Assembly (NCBI RefSeq): GCF_004010195.1
Contig: NC_057718.1
Span: 32,256,791-32,320,790 of the forward strand
Direction of reading: 5' to 3'
DNA: 64,000 nt
From: Chiloscyllium plagiosum
Lineage: Eukaryota
Under the pieces are notes generated by a model. That model saw only the letters and a program-made list of their open reading frames with translations, had not been told where the DNA came from and searched no databases. Below are positions 10,701 through 24,681 of this stretch, piece after piece (position 1 is the stretch's first letter; each line of letters opens with the position of its first letter). The position numbers were made by a program, and so were the translations under genes.

Positions 10701-12772
10701 GGGAAGAAAGCTTCAGATGATAGCATGCAGGTCCCACCAACAGTAAATCAACAATCACCAATGAATCAGTGTTAGTAATGATAAAGTTGCTTTGCTCTTC
10801 TTCGAATAATACTGTGGAGCACTCCACTTCCAGTTGACAAAGCAAATGAAATTATGGCTTAATGCTATCTTTTGAAAAATAGTGCTTCTGACTGCATACC
10901 ATTCCCTCAGTATTTTACCAGAACGTAAGGCTACTTTAGATACTCAAGTGCCTAGTGTGAGACTTGAACTTACATGACCAATGATTAAAGGGAAGCATGA
11001 TACTATTAAGTCAAATTCGACACCTGTTGCTTTTTCTGGATTTCCTCCAAGTTCTTGCTTTCTCATTTCCACATTCTCTTCCTGTAAAACCCTTCCGTCT
11101 TCTTAAATTGATGAAGTAAACGACTCAAACTTCCAGTGATCATTTTGTTAGCCAACCATCCATCATAGCAGGTTGTGTTTGAATACTAGAGGAGCTTTAT
11201 TTGTTCCTGCTTTCCCACTCTGCACATTTTATTTAAACAGTAAGCCTTTCCTAAATTACGAAAACTGGACACTGTTTGCAAATAAAGCTCAGATTAGATG
11301 GCAACTGTTCACTTCTGTTATTCTTGTTTAAGCAGGGGTTTTTGTGTCTTTAAATAGGTTGCTGTCTTGCAGTTATACCCAATCTGGTGGATATGCCTTT
11401 ACCTGTGCAAGCCCCAGCCATATCTGCTAATATGTGCAAACTAATTTTAGAAACGGTCAAATGATATGTTTGTCTCATCAAAATAAATTTCTGTTTAACC
11501 CACTGGATTTATTTTTGAAGTTTCCAATACCTAAAGTTTGTGTCCTTTCTGCTTGCTGCATGTAATTGCTATAGGTTACTTCAAAATTACAACAAAGCTG
11601 CAGCAACGAGCATTGAAATTTTAAAATTGAAAATGTGTCTCAGTAATTTAATCAGTGATACTGTCTGTACAGATATCTAATTAAGTGTAAAAGTTGCCAT
11701 CCCTCGTGGACTTCAACAAGAATTATTTCCATTGAAGGCGATTACAGATTAATCTGTTAACCAAAGATTAATCCTGTAATAATTACATATATATATCTGC
11801 TGGGAAGCTGCTGTTGAGCGAGAGGACAAAATAGTATTAGTAGTTTTGTTCTGTTTTATTACTTCTCTTTTCTTCCCAGTTGCTCTACATTTTATAATTT
11901 CAGCCCAGCGAAAGCACAGCTATATATACTGCTGCAACCACTTCATCAGCACTAACCTGCCCACCAAAAGTGTGGCCCAGGTGTAATTCTCTTCCCTTTG
12001 GACTTGCTGAGTTTGGGAACTCAACATAATTCTTTAACATATCATTGAATATTATCACTGGAAAAGAACATAATTTTCTATGGTGCTGGTGCTGTATCAC
12101 CACAAATTATTTTGACTGTGATGAGACCTATGTTTTACCTCCTGACACTAATTCTTGGCCTGAAATTTCATGCGAACATCATCAGGACATGGAAATTCAA
12201 ATCCAAAGTTGTTTCCACACTCTTCTTGAGCAGGTTATTCTAGTCACTGCCTTGAGGCACTCAGTGTTACTATATCAGGAATATGTCAAGTGCTAATATT
12301 TCAGTAGATGGGGGTCATTGCTTGGGGACCCTGAGGTGGAAATGGTTAGAAAACATTATTAGTTGGCTCTCAAAATTATATTTTAATAAAATGAATAGTG
12401 CGTAAATTACATCAATTGAGTTTAAATATTTAAAAGAAGGAATTAGATTTCAATTTAATAATGAATACTTTGCAAAGCTGCTTTATTTTGTGATTAGGAT
12501 TAAAGCAATTGCTAATGCATTCCAATCTCAGGCTGGTTTATTGCAGTAACCCTATATAGTGCAGGGGCTTCATATCTATTTTGTAAACCTGATGTTAAAA
12601 GGAACAATGTGCCAAGCTTGCACCATATGGGTCCAGTGCAAACACCCTACTTTTGATGATGAGTATAATGACCAGTCTGTAGGTGAGATTCCCCAAATTG
12701 TTAAACCTTCCGCGTGAGAAGGGATGAACTGGCTTCCCTTCTTTTTTCACACTTGCCTTCATTGATTACAGG

Positions 12773-12995
12773 GAGGAGAAAGTGAGGACTGCAGATGCTG
12801 GAGATCAGAGCTGAAAAATGTGTTGCTGGAAAAGCGCAGCAGGTCAGGCAGCATCCTAGGAGCAGGAGAATCGACGTTTCGGGCATAAGCCCTTCTTCAG
12901 GAATCCTGAAGAAGGGCTTATGCCTGAAATGTCGATTCTCCTGCTCCTTGGATGCTGCCTGACCTGCTGCGCTTTTCCAGAAACACATTTTTCAG
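12773..12995. mobile_element. Young PLE-derived fold-back element (subfamily A), long arm on the left
   Basis: Palindrome centred on caggaatcctg (~12903); intact minus-strand core 12873-12900; imperfect TSD with tgattaca at 12763-12770 and 13002-13009. Confidence 0.9.
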
Positions 12996-13119
12996 TTCAG
13001 GTGATTACAACAAGGTTAATTTCAAAAGGATCCTTTCCCTTGTTGATAGTTTTCTCTCACACTCAAATTAATTTGGGTTTTACAAGGGGCCAATTTAATG
13101 AGGCTTTCTTGAGTTAGTA

Positions 13120-13407
13120 CCATGGAACCCCTACAGTGTAAAAGCAGGCCATTTAGCCCATCAGTTCCACACCAATCTTCCGAAGAGCATCCCAGCCAGA
13201 CCCACCTCACTATCTTATCCCTGTAATCCAGGATTTCCCATGGTTAATTCACCTAGCATGCACATTCCTGGACACTTTGGGCAATTTAGCAAGGCCAGTC
13301 CACTTAACCTGCACATCTTTGGACTATGGGAGGAAATCGGAGCACCTGGAGGAAACCCAGGCAGACACATGGAGAATGTGCAAACTTCACACAGTCACCC
13401 GAAAGCT
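13120..13407 (-). mobile_element. HE1-type V-SINE, 5'-truncated
   Basis: Reverse complement of the V-domain ggagtttgcacattctcc...gggtttcctcc...ccaaagatgtgcaggtta. Confidence 0.85.
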
Positions 13408-13434
13408 AACAAAAGTGAGTTTATTAATTGCTAA

Positions 13435-14078
13435 GCACAAGAAGAAAGTCACAGCACAGGTGGATAAACAAACATACAGCACGCTCGCCTTCATCGAGCT
13501 GGGCATCAAGTATAAAAGTTGGCAAGTTATGTTACAGCTGTACTAAACTTTAATTAGGCCCTGTTTGGAATGTTGCATTCTGGTCACTACAGAAGAACGT
13601 GGATGATTTGGAGAGGGTGCAGGGAAGGTTTTCCGGGATGATGTCTGGTCTGGAGGGTTTTAATTATGTGGAGAGGTTGGATAACTGTGGATTGTTTTCA
13701 CTGGAAACGTGGAGGCTGAAGGGTGATGATAGGGGTCTACAAAATTATGACAGGCATAGATAGGGTGGATAGTCAGAGGCTTTTTTCCCAGTGGGAAGGT
13801 CAACTACAAGAGGGCATAGGTTCAAGGTGAGAGGAGCAAAGTTTAGGGGAGAAGTGTAGGGAAAGTTTTTCACACAGTAAGTGCTGGGTGCCTGGAATGT
13901 GAGGGTGGTGGAAGCAGGCATGTTAGCAACGTTTAAGGCACATTTTGGTTGTCACATGAATGGGAGGTGAACAGAGGGATAGAAACCACATATGGGCAAT
14001 ACGTAGCAGGTCTAAATAAGGAAGAGGCATTGGTACAGGCTTGGTGAGCCAAATGGCCTGTTCCTGTGCTATATTGTA
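13435..14078 (+). mobile_element. CR1-type LINE 3' fragment
   Basis: AQVDKQTYSTLAFIELGIKYKSWQVMLQLY in ORF 13277..13546; ggcctgttcctgtgctatattgt tail. Confidence 0.85.
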
Positions 14079-14149
14079 TCAGCTAAATGCAAGCTGTAGG
14101 AACAACACCTCATTTTCTGCTTAGACTTATTACAGGCTCCAGGACTATA

Positions 14150-14530
14150 TTTCAGAGCATGACCTCTGTCCTCCATTTTATTCACAACACCCTCTCCAAC
14201 CATGCCTTCTTTGTGGCTTGTTAATTTTGCTCTCAGTGGGGTGAACCATTTTCTATTTTTCAAACCTACCCATTTCCATCTCAATCACTCCTTTACCACC
14301 ATTAGAAGTCCCTTTCTCTTTTGCTCTGAACATCTCATATACTTTACACTCGCTCCTTCTCCCTCTCTGTCAAAACAACATTTTCAGACTCTTTCTGTTC
14401 TGAACAGTTGTATTGGACCCGAAATGTTAATGCTATTTCTCTCTCCACAGATGCTGCCAAACCTGTTGAGTTTCCCCAGCAGTTTTGGTTTCTATTTCTG
14501 ACTTGCTGCACCAGCAGTATTTTGCTTTTA
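14150..14530 (+). mobile_element. PLE 3' remnant
   Basis: Pyrimidine-rich 3' region, then ttctgaacag...ggacccgaaatgttaa...ctctccacagatgctgcc (same terminus as subfamily B). Confidence 0.6.
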
Positions 14531-16964
14531 TTGTGCTGTGGTTTTGCGATCTATTCGGGTTTGAGGATTGTGAATGTGTCCCCCATTATCAGACCGATCT
14601 TTGTGATATAATCTGTATTTGAATGTGGGTGAATTCTCAGCCTGATTGATTAGTGGGAATGTTGGACTGTAATTGTGGTTTAGAGGAAATAGATCACTTT
14701 GCTGTCAACTCTTGTATGAGGATGCAATTCTTGGTGTTGTGGAAAAACAAAGCAGAGGCCACAGAAAACTGTCATCATTGACCTTTAGCTCAAGTGAAAT
14801 TAAGCTTTATTGCTAACTGTTAATGAGCTTTCAGACTGTTACCCAGGTAAGCAATTGGAACCTTTATATATATATATATCAATGTGTGCACAAGTGAGAA
14901 GTGTTTTTTATATTCATTACTGTCAATGTGACCTCCACAGTGTGTCCTGGATAAATTTCAGAAGCTGTTCTTGGCCTATGTTCAGGTCTTAAGGAATGCA
15001 TCACTCTCAATAAATTCTGTAAGGGCTGCTAACGATTACAAATTAATGTTGGAACTTCTGGGAAACCCAGTATTGTACGAGCCTGCAGAAACCATCTGGA
15101 GGTTTTCGCACAGTTCTTGGTTAATTCAGCTCCATGTGATTTTGAACCAGAATTAAATTGCATGCATTAAATTGATAGAAGGAAAAGCTATTAAATATCA
15201 ACCCAAACTCTATGGTGTAACTGGTCTGAAGGTCTTCAATTTTTTGTTCAAGATTCCATCTAGCCATTGTTGGGTCAGGTCAAACACATCATATCAAAAT
15301 CATGTCGGAGGACAGGAAAATACAAGTGCAAATGTCTCTGTGTCCAGTCTCTCAGATTATATTATGGCAGCCACGCAGCCTGTTATCAGAGTAACTAGGT
15401 GGCTAAGGGATGGGTAATGCGGGTGTAATTTAATCAAGGGGTTCAGACTACACTCACTGATGCGGAGAACTTTAATTTTGCAATTCATACAGACGTCGGA
15501 ACTGACAATTAAAGTGTAGCATCATTAATCTTAGAAAACCACTTAGAATTCCATTCAAAATACATCCTGTCTTCTCATTCCTGTTTTTTCTGTCTTAAAG
15601 GCACAATGACAGCTCTCTTCTCAAGCTGTTCTTTGCACTGTCAGGTTTTATTATTCTGGAGTGAACCCATAGCAATAGATAGTCAAGTTCTTCAAACAGT
15701 GCTAGAGCAGGATATTTAATTCTCAACAACAATGACTTGAATTTCAACAGCTTCTTTAAAATAGTTCAAGGCCTAAAGGTATATGATAGGAATGCTGCCA
15801 AACAAAATTTGGTACTGCGCCACATACAAAGATATTAGAATCGGTGAGAAGATTTTAAAGAGTGCCTTAAAGAAGGAGGGAGGAGAAGATAAATGAAGAG
15901 CTTTAGGAAGGGATTTCTAGAACCTTGCGCCAATGTATTTGGGGGTATGCCAGTGGTGGAGTGATGAAAATTGATGATATTCAAAAGGATAGATTTGATA
16001 AGTGTTTTGCTCTTTCCTTTGTTTAATTTACAGGTAGTCTGACAATAGTGGCTGCTGGAAAGCCATTGTACCAGCACAGGTGGGATTAGCATAGATTAGT
16101 CTACTTGATACCTGTAAAGACACAGGATAAAAGTGCAAGTAGTGCAGATTATTAGATAATTATAAATATGAAATTGTGTGATTCAAACAAGATGCTGAAA
16201 TCTAATAGCAGGTTAGTCAACAGAGGAAGAGGATGGCAGGTGACAGGTTATTGTATTAGGTTGGAGTTCTTTCTCAGAGCAATGTTAATAATGAGCCTTG
16301 ACCAAAGACATTAATCTGTCTTTCTTTTTCAGAAACAGTCTGATTTTTTGCATTTCAGCGTCTTGAGCTTTCAAATCTCAAATATTTCTACTTCAAGATG
16401 GACAGCGTCGGATAAATAAATACAACCCAGATTTCTGTTTTGTACATTTCATCTTCCCATGTTATTTCTTGCTCCCTTGATGACTGCATTGGGATCAGTT
16501 ACCCTCAGGAGGAAGCTATACCATCTTAAATGATTTGTTAAGTGAAGTGAGGCGCATTTCAAAACATTCATAATTAATGAAGCATTTGGGGCACGCTGGT
16601 ATTTTTCACCAGTCAGCTAGAACTGGCACAGCTGCTTACCTCAATTCAATGTGTAGCTGTAAACCGCCCAAAGATTTGTCTTCTAAATGCAAGGTCTAAG
16701 CACTAATTTTAATACTCCAATCCAATTTCGTTCTTAGACTAACACATGTATGCACTCACACCACCAGGCATATGCCAGAGCACTTAACAACAAGGACTGT
16801 AGAGTTGAAAACATTTTCTGTATTTCTTTATTTTTCAGCCTTTATATTCTATGTTTTGGTTTAATTTTCTGTGTTTTAAGATGGCACTGGAGAGTGACGA
16901 CACTATACAATACTTCTTACTATATTTTGTAACAAAATAAATCAAATCAACATATCATCATATG

Positions 16965-17510
16965 TAAATTTGGAGCCTGCTCCACCATTCAATAAGATTT
17001 TGGCAGATCTGATTTTAACTCCACATTTCTGCCTCTCCTTCTTATCAAGAATCTCTCCATCACTGCCGTCAAATATTCAAAGGTTCTGCCTCCAGTTCCT
17101 TTTGAGGAAGAGAGTTTCAAACCCACGGAGACAAAAAAAACCTTCCTGATCTCTGTTGGAAATGGGAAACAGTAACCTCTAGTTTCAGTCTCCAACCAGA
17201 GAAAACATCCTTTCCACATGCACCCTGTTAAGACCTTTTAGGATTTTTATATTCCAATCAAGCCATGTCTTACTCTGTCCAACCTTTCCTCATAAGATAA
17301 ACCATTGAATCCAGGTGCTTTTAATCATAACCCTTCTCTGAACTGTTTCCAAAGCATTTAAATCTTTCCTTTAATAAAGTAATCCTGACATGATCTCATT
17401 AATGTTTTGCATTTCTGAAGCATACCCTATCATAAGCTATGTGTTCATTTCCCCTTGTGACAAACAATAATGTTCTATTTTATTTCCTGATTATTTGCTG
17501 TACTGTTTTT
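16965..17510 (-). mobile_element. CR1-type LINE 3' fragment, degraded
   Basis: gagcctgctccaccattcaataag tail; minus ORF 16989..17219 (KGCFLWLETETRG) is like the CR1 C-terminus. Confidence 0.7.
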
Positions 17511-17624
17511 CCATTTCTTCAACTGAGTATTCCACTAATCACGTCCACTTAATTTCCCACTATTTTGCTCTCATCCATTTCTGAGAACTATAATTGGAGT
17601 TGCTCCAGTGCTCACCTCTTTTTA

Positions 17625-18740
17625 TTGCTGATTTAGGGGATTTGAGCTTTGCTAGCTAGGTCAGCATTTATTGCCTATCCACTGTTGCCCTTGAAAACGT
17701 GCCTTCTTGAACCGCTGCAGCACATTTGCTGTGGGTACACCCACAGTGTTGTTGGGGGATGTTCCAGGATTTTAACCCAACGACACTGAAAGTACAGTCA
17801 TGTTTCCGCATCACTATGATGGGTGGCTTGGAGGGGAACTTGCAGGTGACGGTGTTCCTATGTATCAGCTGTTCTTGTCCAACTGGATAGAAATGGTCAT
17901 GGATTTGGAAGTTGGTGTTGAAGAAACCTTTGTAAATTTCTGCAGTTCGTCTTGTAAATGGTACACACTGCTGCTACTGTGTGCCAATGTCAAAGAGCAT
18001 GATTTTTAAAACTTCATTCATGGAATGTGAACGTCATTGGTTAGGTCTGAATTTATTGCCCAACCCTAATTGCTGTGGGTCTGGAGTCGCGTGTGGGCCA
18101 GATCAGTTAAGGATGGCAGGTTCCTTCCCTGAAGGACATTCATGAACTAGATGGGTTTTTATGACAACCGACAATGGATTCATGGTCATCATTAGACTCT
18201 TAATTCCATATTTTGTTAATGAGTTTAAATTCTATCCTGTGCCATGTGGATGTGGTGCCACTCAAGTGGTTTGCTTTGTCCTGGATGGTATCAAGATACT
18301 TGAGTGTTTGGAGCTGCATTCAAGTGGACAAGTGAGGAGATTCCTTCACACTCTTGACTTGTAGATGGTGGACAGGCTTTTGGGTGTGTTGTGAGGTGAG
18401 TTGCACACTGCAGGATCCCTAACCTCTTTACCTGCCCTTTGTAAGACAAAATTTATATTTAGTTTCTAGTCAGTTGCAACCCCAGGATGTAGATATTGGA
18501 AGATTTAGGAATGGTACTGCCATTTAATATCAAGAGATGATGGTTAGATTCTTCCATTGAAGATGGTCATTTCCTGGCAGTTGTGGGTCGTGTATGTTAC
18601 CTGCCACTTTTCAGCTCAAACCTGGATATTGTTCAGATTGTGTGTCATTTAGAAATGGGCTGCTTCAGTATTCGAGGAGTCACAATTGGTGCTGAACATT
18701 GTGCAATGATCATGGAGCTTTCCCACTTCTAACCATGTAA
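17625..18740 (-). mobile_element. Second LINE family (CR1/L2 group) 3' fragment with an internal tRNA-derived SINE at ~18005-18245
   Basis: Tail cagcatttattgcc(c/t)atcc...gcccttga recurs at 38695, 39305, 48848, 56975 and 61730. Confidence 0.65.
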
Positions 18741-18774
18741 TGTAGAGAAGAGAATTCTATGTAGTATGCCTCGA

Positions 18775-19672
18775 AATTCAAGGATCATCTGCGACCATTT
18801 CCTGTACCTCCAGTGTGATGCCTCCATAGGTATATTTTCCCATTCCCCATCCCATTTAAGGACCATTCCTTCTTTGATTTCCTGGTCCATACCTCTATCG
18901 CCCTCAATATGCCCGCTCCTTCCAACAGCATCTTCCCATGAAAGTGTGGGTGACACAACACTGTGTCTTTTGCCTTGTCCTTCCCAACATACAGAATCCT
19001 GAAGAAGTGAAGAAATTTAGTCCCTGGCCTCACTGCTCACAATGCAGTCTCCTCTGCATTGGGGTGACTCCTGTGTGAAACAATTTCGTTCAGTTCATAC
19101 GCGTGACCTCAATTTGCCTCTCCTTTTGGTTCTCTGACCTTCTCCCACTTGAACCTTTTGAAACCCAGCTTTTGACTCAGACACTTCCATTGAACCTCAA
19201 TGTAATTTCACGGTACAGAAGGCGACATTTGAGTAGGCACTTTTGCACAGGCCACAGGACTGAACGTTGCATTCACCAATTTCAGATCATAATTTCTGTC
19301 CCCACTTTTTCAGACTACAGCATTTAATGGTGAACATTTTTGTACTTTTAGATCCATTTTTTGTTGTCTTTATTTGTACCATTATCATTTCCTTTGGCCT
19401 TGCACCATCATTTCTTCGGACATTTTATTTCTCCTATTTTCCATCCCCTCATGGATCTTCCTGTTTGTGTTTGACATCTCCCTTTTACATGGCCCTGTAC
19501 TTGCTTAGAACCTATTATATCCCTCAATTTCTTTCAAGTTTTGACGAAAGGCCATCAACCTGAAATAATTAATTCCTTTTCTCTTTCCATGGATGCTGCT
19601 TGCATAACTGAGTATTTCCAACATTTTCTGTTGTTATTTCAGATTTCCAGCGTCCGGAGTCTTTTACTTTTC
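18775..19672 (+). mobile_element. Degraded PLE 3' portion
   Basis: Similar to 25430-25520 and 55900-56440; terminus ttttgacgaaaggccatcaacctgaaa...ccatggatgctgc...gatttccagc. Confidence 0.6.
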
Positions 19673-20419
19673 AAAATTACAGGAAACTTCATTAACTTAG
19701 ACATTCTACCAATTTTAGTCAAGGGGTGTTCATTTTGTAATTCCAAACCTTTGATTGACTAATTGCTTGCAGTAACAATCGAAGCCTTTGTTTTATGAGA
19801 CTTGCAAAGTCTATTTGTTGCAAATTATTACCAGATTGGCACAAAAAAGTCAGTTTGTCAATGCCATTTGAAATAGGCACATCCAGCTCTTGAACTTAAA
19901 CGAGGCATAGTTTGAAAAATAGATCCCTTATGTCCAGATTTGTTTAGCTGGTCAAGCACTCCTCCTCTGACTTTTTCTCTTTAGCCAAACATTATGCTTA
20001 ACTCTTTTACCAGGTAGCTAACTCAATGTATTCTCATATGGCAAATGTTCTGCAGTCAATTAGACTTACAGCTGTAAAGCTCAAGAAATTGTAACATTTG
20101 CAGGTTTTTAGGTGAGACTGTTTTCTACTTCAAGAGAAGCAAAAGGACTCCCCCAGCGCAATAATTGGTCAAAATCATTGTGTATTATGGAGCCGAATCA
20201 ATAAAACGACAACAGTTCCAACTTTTATTCCCAGACCAGATGACAGCCTATTGATTGCAATGCTTGCTTGTTGGAAGGGAAAACAAAATCAATAAAGATT
20301 TTTATACCTAATTGCTATCGAGGAATTCCTTTGGGTGATTTAGATTTGGTTTGATTGTGATGCCTTACATGACTGCCAAGACTTAGACACTCAGGTAAAA
20401 GCAAAAATGGAAATTTGAA

Positions 20420-21500
20420 ATAAAACGAGGCCCCACAACCGTATCCGACTCACCTCTTAGACTTTTACCCTTACATCTTCCCTTTCTTTCCAGAATAACG
20501 ATAGGATTCCTCTTGTTTTTAATTTCTACAAACCCCTAGTCTGCACATTCAAAGGATCATCTTCCACCTTTTCATCATCCTCAGCAAGGTGCCCACCAAA
20601 CACATCTTCACCTTCCTTCCACTGTCAGCATTCCTCAGGGAATGTTCCCTCTTTGACACTGAGTCTACATCTCCATCACTCCGAACAGACTTCAGGTACA
20701 TAACTCATTGAAAGTTGTGTGACAGGTAGACTGAGTGGTAAAGAAGTCATTTGACATGCTTGCCTTCATTGCTCGGACCATTGAGTGTCGGAATTGGGAC
20801 TCTCGGGCGCGAAGGTGTATAAAATAATGAGGGGCATGGATAGGATAAATCGACAAAGTCTTTTCCCTGGGGTGGGGGTAGTCCTGAACCAGAGGGCATA
20901 GGTTTAGGGGAAAGATATAAAAGGTACCTAAGGGGCTACTTTTCAACGCAGAAGGTGGTGCGTGTATGGAATGAGCTGCCAGAGGAAGTGGTGGAGGCTG
21001 GTACAATTGCAACATTTAAATACCCATCTGGATGGGTATATGAATAGGAAGGGTTTAGAGGGATATGGGCCAAGTGCTGGCAAATGGGACTAGATTAGGT
21101 TGGGATATCTGGTCGGATTGAGTTAGACCAAAGTATCTGTTTCGTGCTGTAAATCTCTATGACTCTATGAGTTGTCCAGAGTCATAGAGCTGTACAGCAT
21201 GGAAACAGACCCTTCAGTCCAATTTGAGCCATCTGACCAAATATCCTAACCTAATCTAGTCAGTTGCACTATTTTTCAATACCGCCCCTCCATTGCCACC
21301 ATTATCACTGTCTTTTTATTTCACACCGGGATACACTCTCAATCTGTTTCACTTGCTCTTCCTTTCCCTCTGCCCAAAAAAAGTAAACCCCACCGTTTTC
21401 CAACTCCTCTCAGTTCCAAAAAAAGGTCATACCAGACTCAAAACATTAACTCTGTTTTTCTCTCCACAGATGCTGCTAGACCTGCTGAGTTTCTGTTTTA
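20420..21500 (+). mobile_element. PLE remnant (20420-20690 and 21265-21500) interrupted by CR1 3' pieces (20700-21170 plus, 21178-21262 minus)
   Basis: aataacgataggattcctcttgtt = NNDRIPLV (cf. NKDKTFLV near 25378); CR1 tail ctctatgactctatga; PLE terminus aaggtcataccagactcaaaacattaactctg. Confidence 0.65.
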
Positions 21501-22127
21501 GTCAAAATTTAGTCTCAGTAGTGTTGCAGGAGATGACTAGTCGATGGCAGACATATCAAAGAATTCCTGGTAGCTAAAAAACAGCAGCAATAAGAAGTAT
21601 AGGAAAGAGGTTCCAAAGAATTTAAACTTTTTGACTCAGCATCATTTGTACTGAAGCCAGTTTCCATTAACAGTATTGTTGAGTGCTGCAGTTATATCCA
21701 TTGTAAGAGTGAATGTTCAAAGTACCTTAGATAATCACAAGGGAGACAGGCTCAGAGGAATACATCTGACAACTCATTACTACAATCAGCTGTTCTGTCT
21801 TATTATTTTTTCTTTGTTCTGGTGGTAATAGTTGCTGAATATTTAATCTGAGTACTGTCATAAGCCATTTTAAGCAACATAGCAAACAAGTTGGACGTTC
21901 TGTTTTCCTGAGAACTGCAGGAGCTGTAAGAGGGCTGTGTGCACCAGTGGACCCTCAGCAGAGCATGAGGGTTAGGGAGGAATTCTTTGTTGAAGCGGAG
22001 GCGATATAATTTAAAATAAAATCAAGAGATCCATTGAAGTGGGCTTTTAGAAGATGACTTTTGATAGCCTGGGTAAAGTCTGGTATTGGTGCGGCAAGTA
22101 TAAATCAGTGTAGCACAGGAAAGCACG

Positions 22128-22499
22128 AGTATTTTGATGTTTTGTCGTGAGAGTAGAATCATAGCATCCCTAAAGTGTGGAAGCAGGCCATTCAGCCCAT
22201 CGGGTAGGTTTTCAGCTGAAAGGTCGAAGATAATTGCAAGATGAAAGAGATTTGGTTTTCATTTCATCCCTCAGCCACATTTTGTTTTCCACATACACAG
22301 ACTGTGAAATGAAGTATTTTGATGTTTTGTTGTGAGAGTAGAATCACAGCATCCCTAAAGTGTGGAAGCAGGCCATTCAGCCCATCGGGTAGGTTTTCAG
22401 CTGAATGGTCGAAGATAATTGCAAGATGAAAGAGATTTGGTTTTCATTTCATCCCTCAGCCACATTTTGTTTTCCACATACACAGACTGTGAAATGAAG
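22128..22499. repeat. Tandem duplication, 185-bp unit x2
   Basis: 22128-22312 repeats from 22313 with 3 substitutions; AG microhomology at the junction. Confidence 0.95.
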
Positions 22500-23466
22500 C
22501 TCCAGATCAGATTTTCCCAATCTGTCATGTTGCCCTATTGCTCAAGTGTCAGCCTGGATTCAAATCTCCACAGTTTTTTGGTCGTGAGAAGGACCACTCT
22601 CCCCAGTTTGCAACAGGATCCTCTCCGGAACAGGAATCATTGGCAACTTTCCTATAACATCCATCTCCCCTTCCTCTGCGCTGTGTGGGGATTTTTGAAT
22701 GGAGCTGTAATGTTCCTACTTTCTAAGTGGGTCGAACATTTTAACAATGTCCTTTACAGCTGATAGACATTGAGCACATTGGTTTTATTCTAGCTTCAAA
22801 TCAGATGAAATAATTTGAATCTGATGGTATAAAATGAATATTTTCTAATTATAATGAAAATATTAGTTGAATATTTACAGCAATAAAGCAGGTAGGTTGC
22901 TGAAGAGCTATCAACATTGTCACAAACACTTCTGGAGCTGTATCAGTTACGTTGGTTCAGATCATCTGATCAAATTTGGTATTTCTGGCGCTGATTAGAC
23001 AAAAGAAAGTTTAGATTTAACCTTGAGGCGTTCTGTGCATGAACTTCAGGGTCAGGAGCCTTTCCAGTTAAACCAGTCTTGTCCAGGACAAGAATTCGCA
23101 TGGGCAACAGTAGGTTGGATCAGTGTTTCTTTCAACACTAACTGCCTATCCCAAGATTTCAAGATCTTGGAGCCACTTTAACAGGGGGGTCAGTGTGAGT
23201 GATTGGGGTTCAGTTACACAGGATTTGGACTCCTCTGATGTTTCCTGTCAGTAAAATAAGTAATATGGAACTCCCCAACTCTGATGTAGACATTTTATGA
23301 GGGTTCCCAACACCAGGTTATTGCCCATCTGAAGTTTCAACTTCCAGGGCAGTTCCTGCAGAGTCAGTGCTGTGCGATTTCCGTGTGGTCACAACATGCA
23401 TCTTCCAGGATACATCTGATCTCTGACTATCCAGAGACTGAAAGCTCCAGCCGCTGTCCATTTCCT

Positions 23467-23578
23467 AGGTGAAAGTGAGGACTGCAGATGCTGGCTCCTG
23501 CCTGAAACATCGATTTTCCTGCTCCTCGGATGCTGCCGGACCTGCTGTGCATTTCCAGCACGACTCTAATCTTGACAT
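23467..23578. mobile_element. Collapsed PLE-derived fold-back element
   Basis: aggtgaaagtgaggactgcagatgctgg joined to cctgaaacatcgattttcctgctcc; TSD TGTCCATTTCCT at 23455-23466 and 23579-23590. Confidence 0.8.
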
Positions 23579-24681
23579 TGTCCATTTCCTGTCCATTCTT
23601 GTCCATTGCCTAACCATCCTTTTATTAGTTCCAAAGAAAAGCAGTGCAAGTGGTACATCTTCTTCTGTTCATGAGTGTGACCATGCAGACCTCTTGACTA
23701 AGGAGTAGCTGTTTTGCTCCATTATTAGAAGGCATAGAATGCCTCAAGACAGAATTCATAGGGCTAATCATTTAAAACAATCTTTCTTTTGACTGAAGCC
23801 AGAAAGTACAGAAATATATTTCTTGGACACCAGAATTAATAGTGATAATACATTCATGGGGCGTTCTCTGACTGAAATCACTAAAAGATCATTTCACTTA
23901 TTAATGATACAAGTCGTTTAATGTATTATGATTCAAAAGAATTGGGAGGATTTATAATATACTGCCCTCTTGTGGTATCATTGCAAAGCGAGATTAATTT
24001 ATTGTATGACACAATTCTCATATTGCTGTTTCTTACATGAGGAAAAGCTGTATCAACATTTTGTGAGTGATAGCACTTTTAAAAATAATCATTGAACAAA
24101 TAGATGCTGGTAACAGCTCAATTTTGAATCATCTTGGCTGTTCAATTTAATGTTTAGTATAGATTCTTATCCAGACCATATATCTGCAGCTCAATTTATG
24201 AAAACACTGTTGTTAGTTTAAGATTCCATTTCTATTATTTATTTTACAGAGGTTCCCATATCCATTAGAAAAGAGCTAAGGCATTGCTCATGTGTACCTA
24301 TCCATACACTCTGATAAGATGTCAGGTTGACCACCAGAATTTGCCTTTAATCGATCTAATTTAAACCAGATGTAACAGTTCATTTTAGTGTTCCTGTGCT
24401 GGGAACAAAGGGAGTAAGGTGTCATTTATCTGATTAAGTAATTTAGAAATTGGATCATCCAGATTAATGTGTTATGAGTTGGACTGTCAATTTTGAATAA
24501 TCTTCACTTTGAAAATGTGACTATACTGTGGCTCGAACATGTCTCGACTATCTTCATGACATATTTTCCGGGGATTTGATCTAGTCCTTGACAAATTGGG
24601 TGCTTTTGTTGGGATCAAAATCTCTAAATTCAGGTTGGGTTTAGGATTATTGGATTCAAAGACAGCCAGTGGTGAGTGTTG

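Noticed and set aside
11870..11985. Splice-acceptor-like tracts here and at ~35683, ~55578 and ~60559
   Set aside because: No recognisable peptide, weak or absent donors; expected by chance in AT-rich DNA
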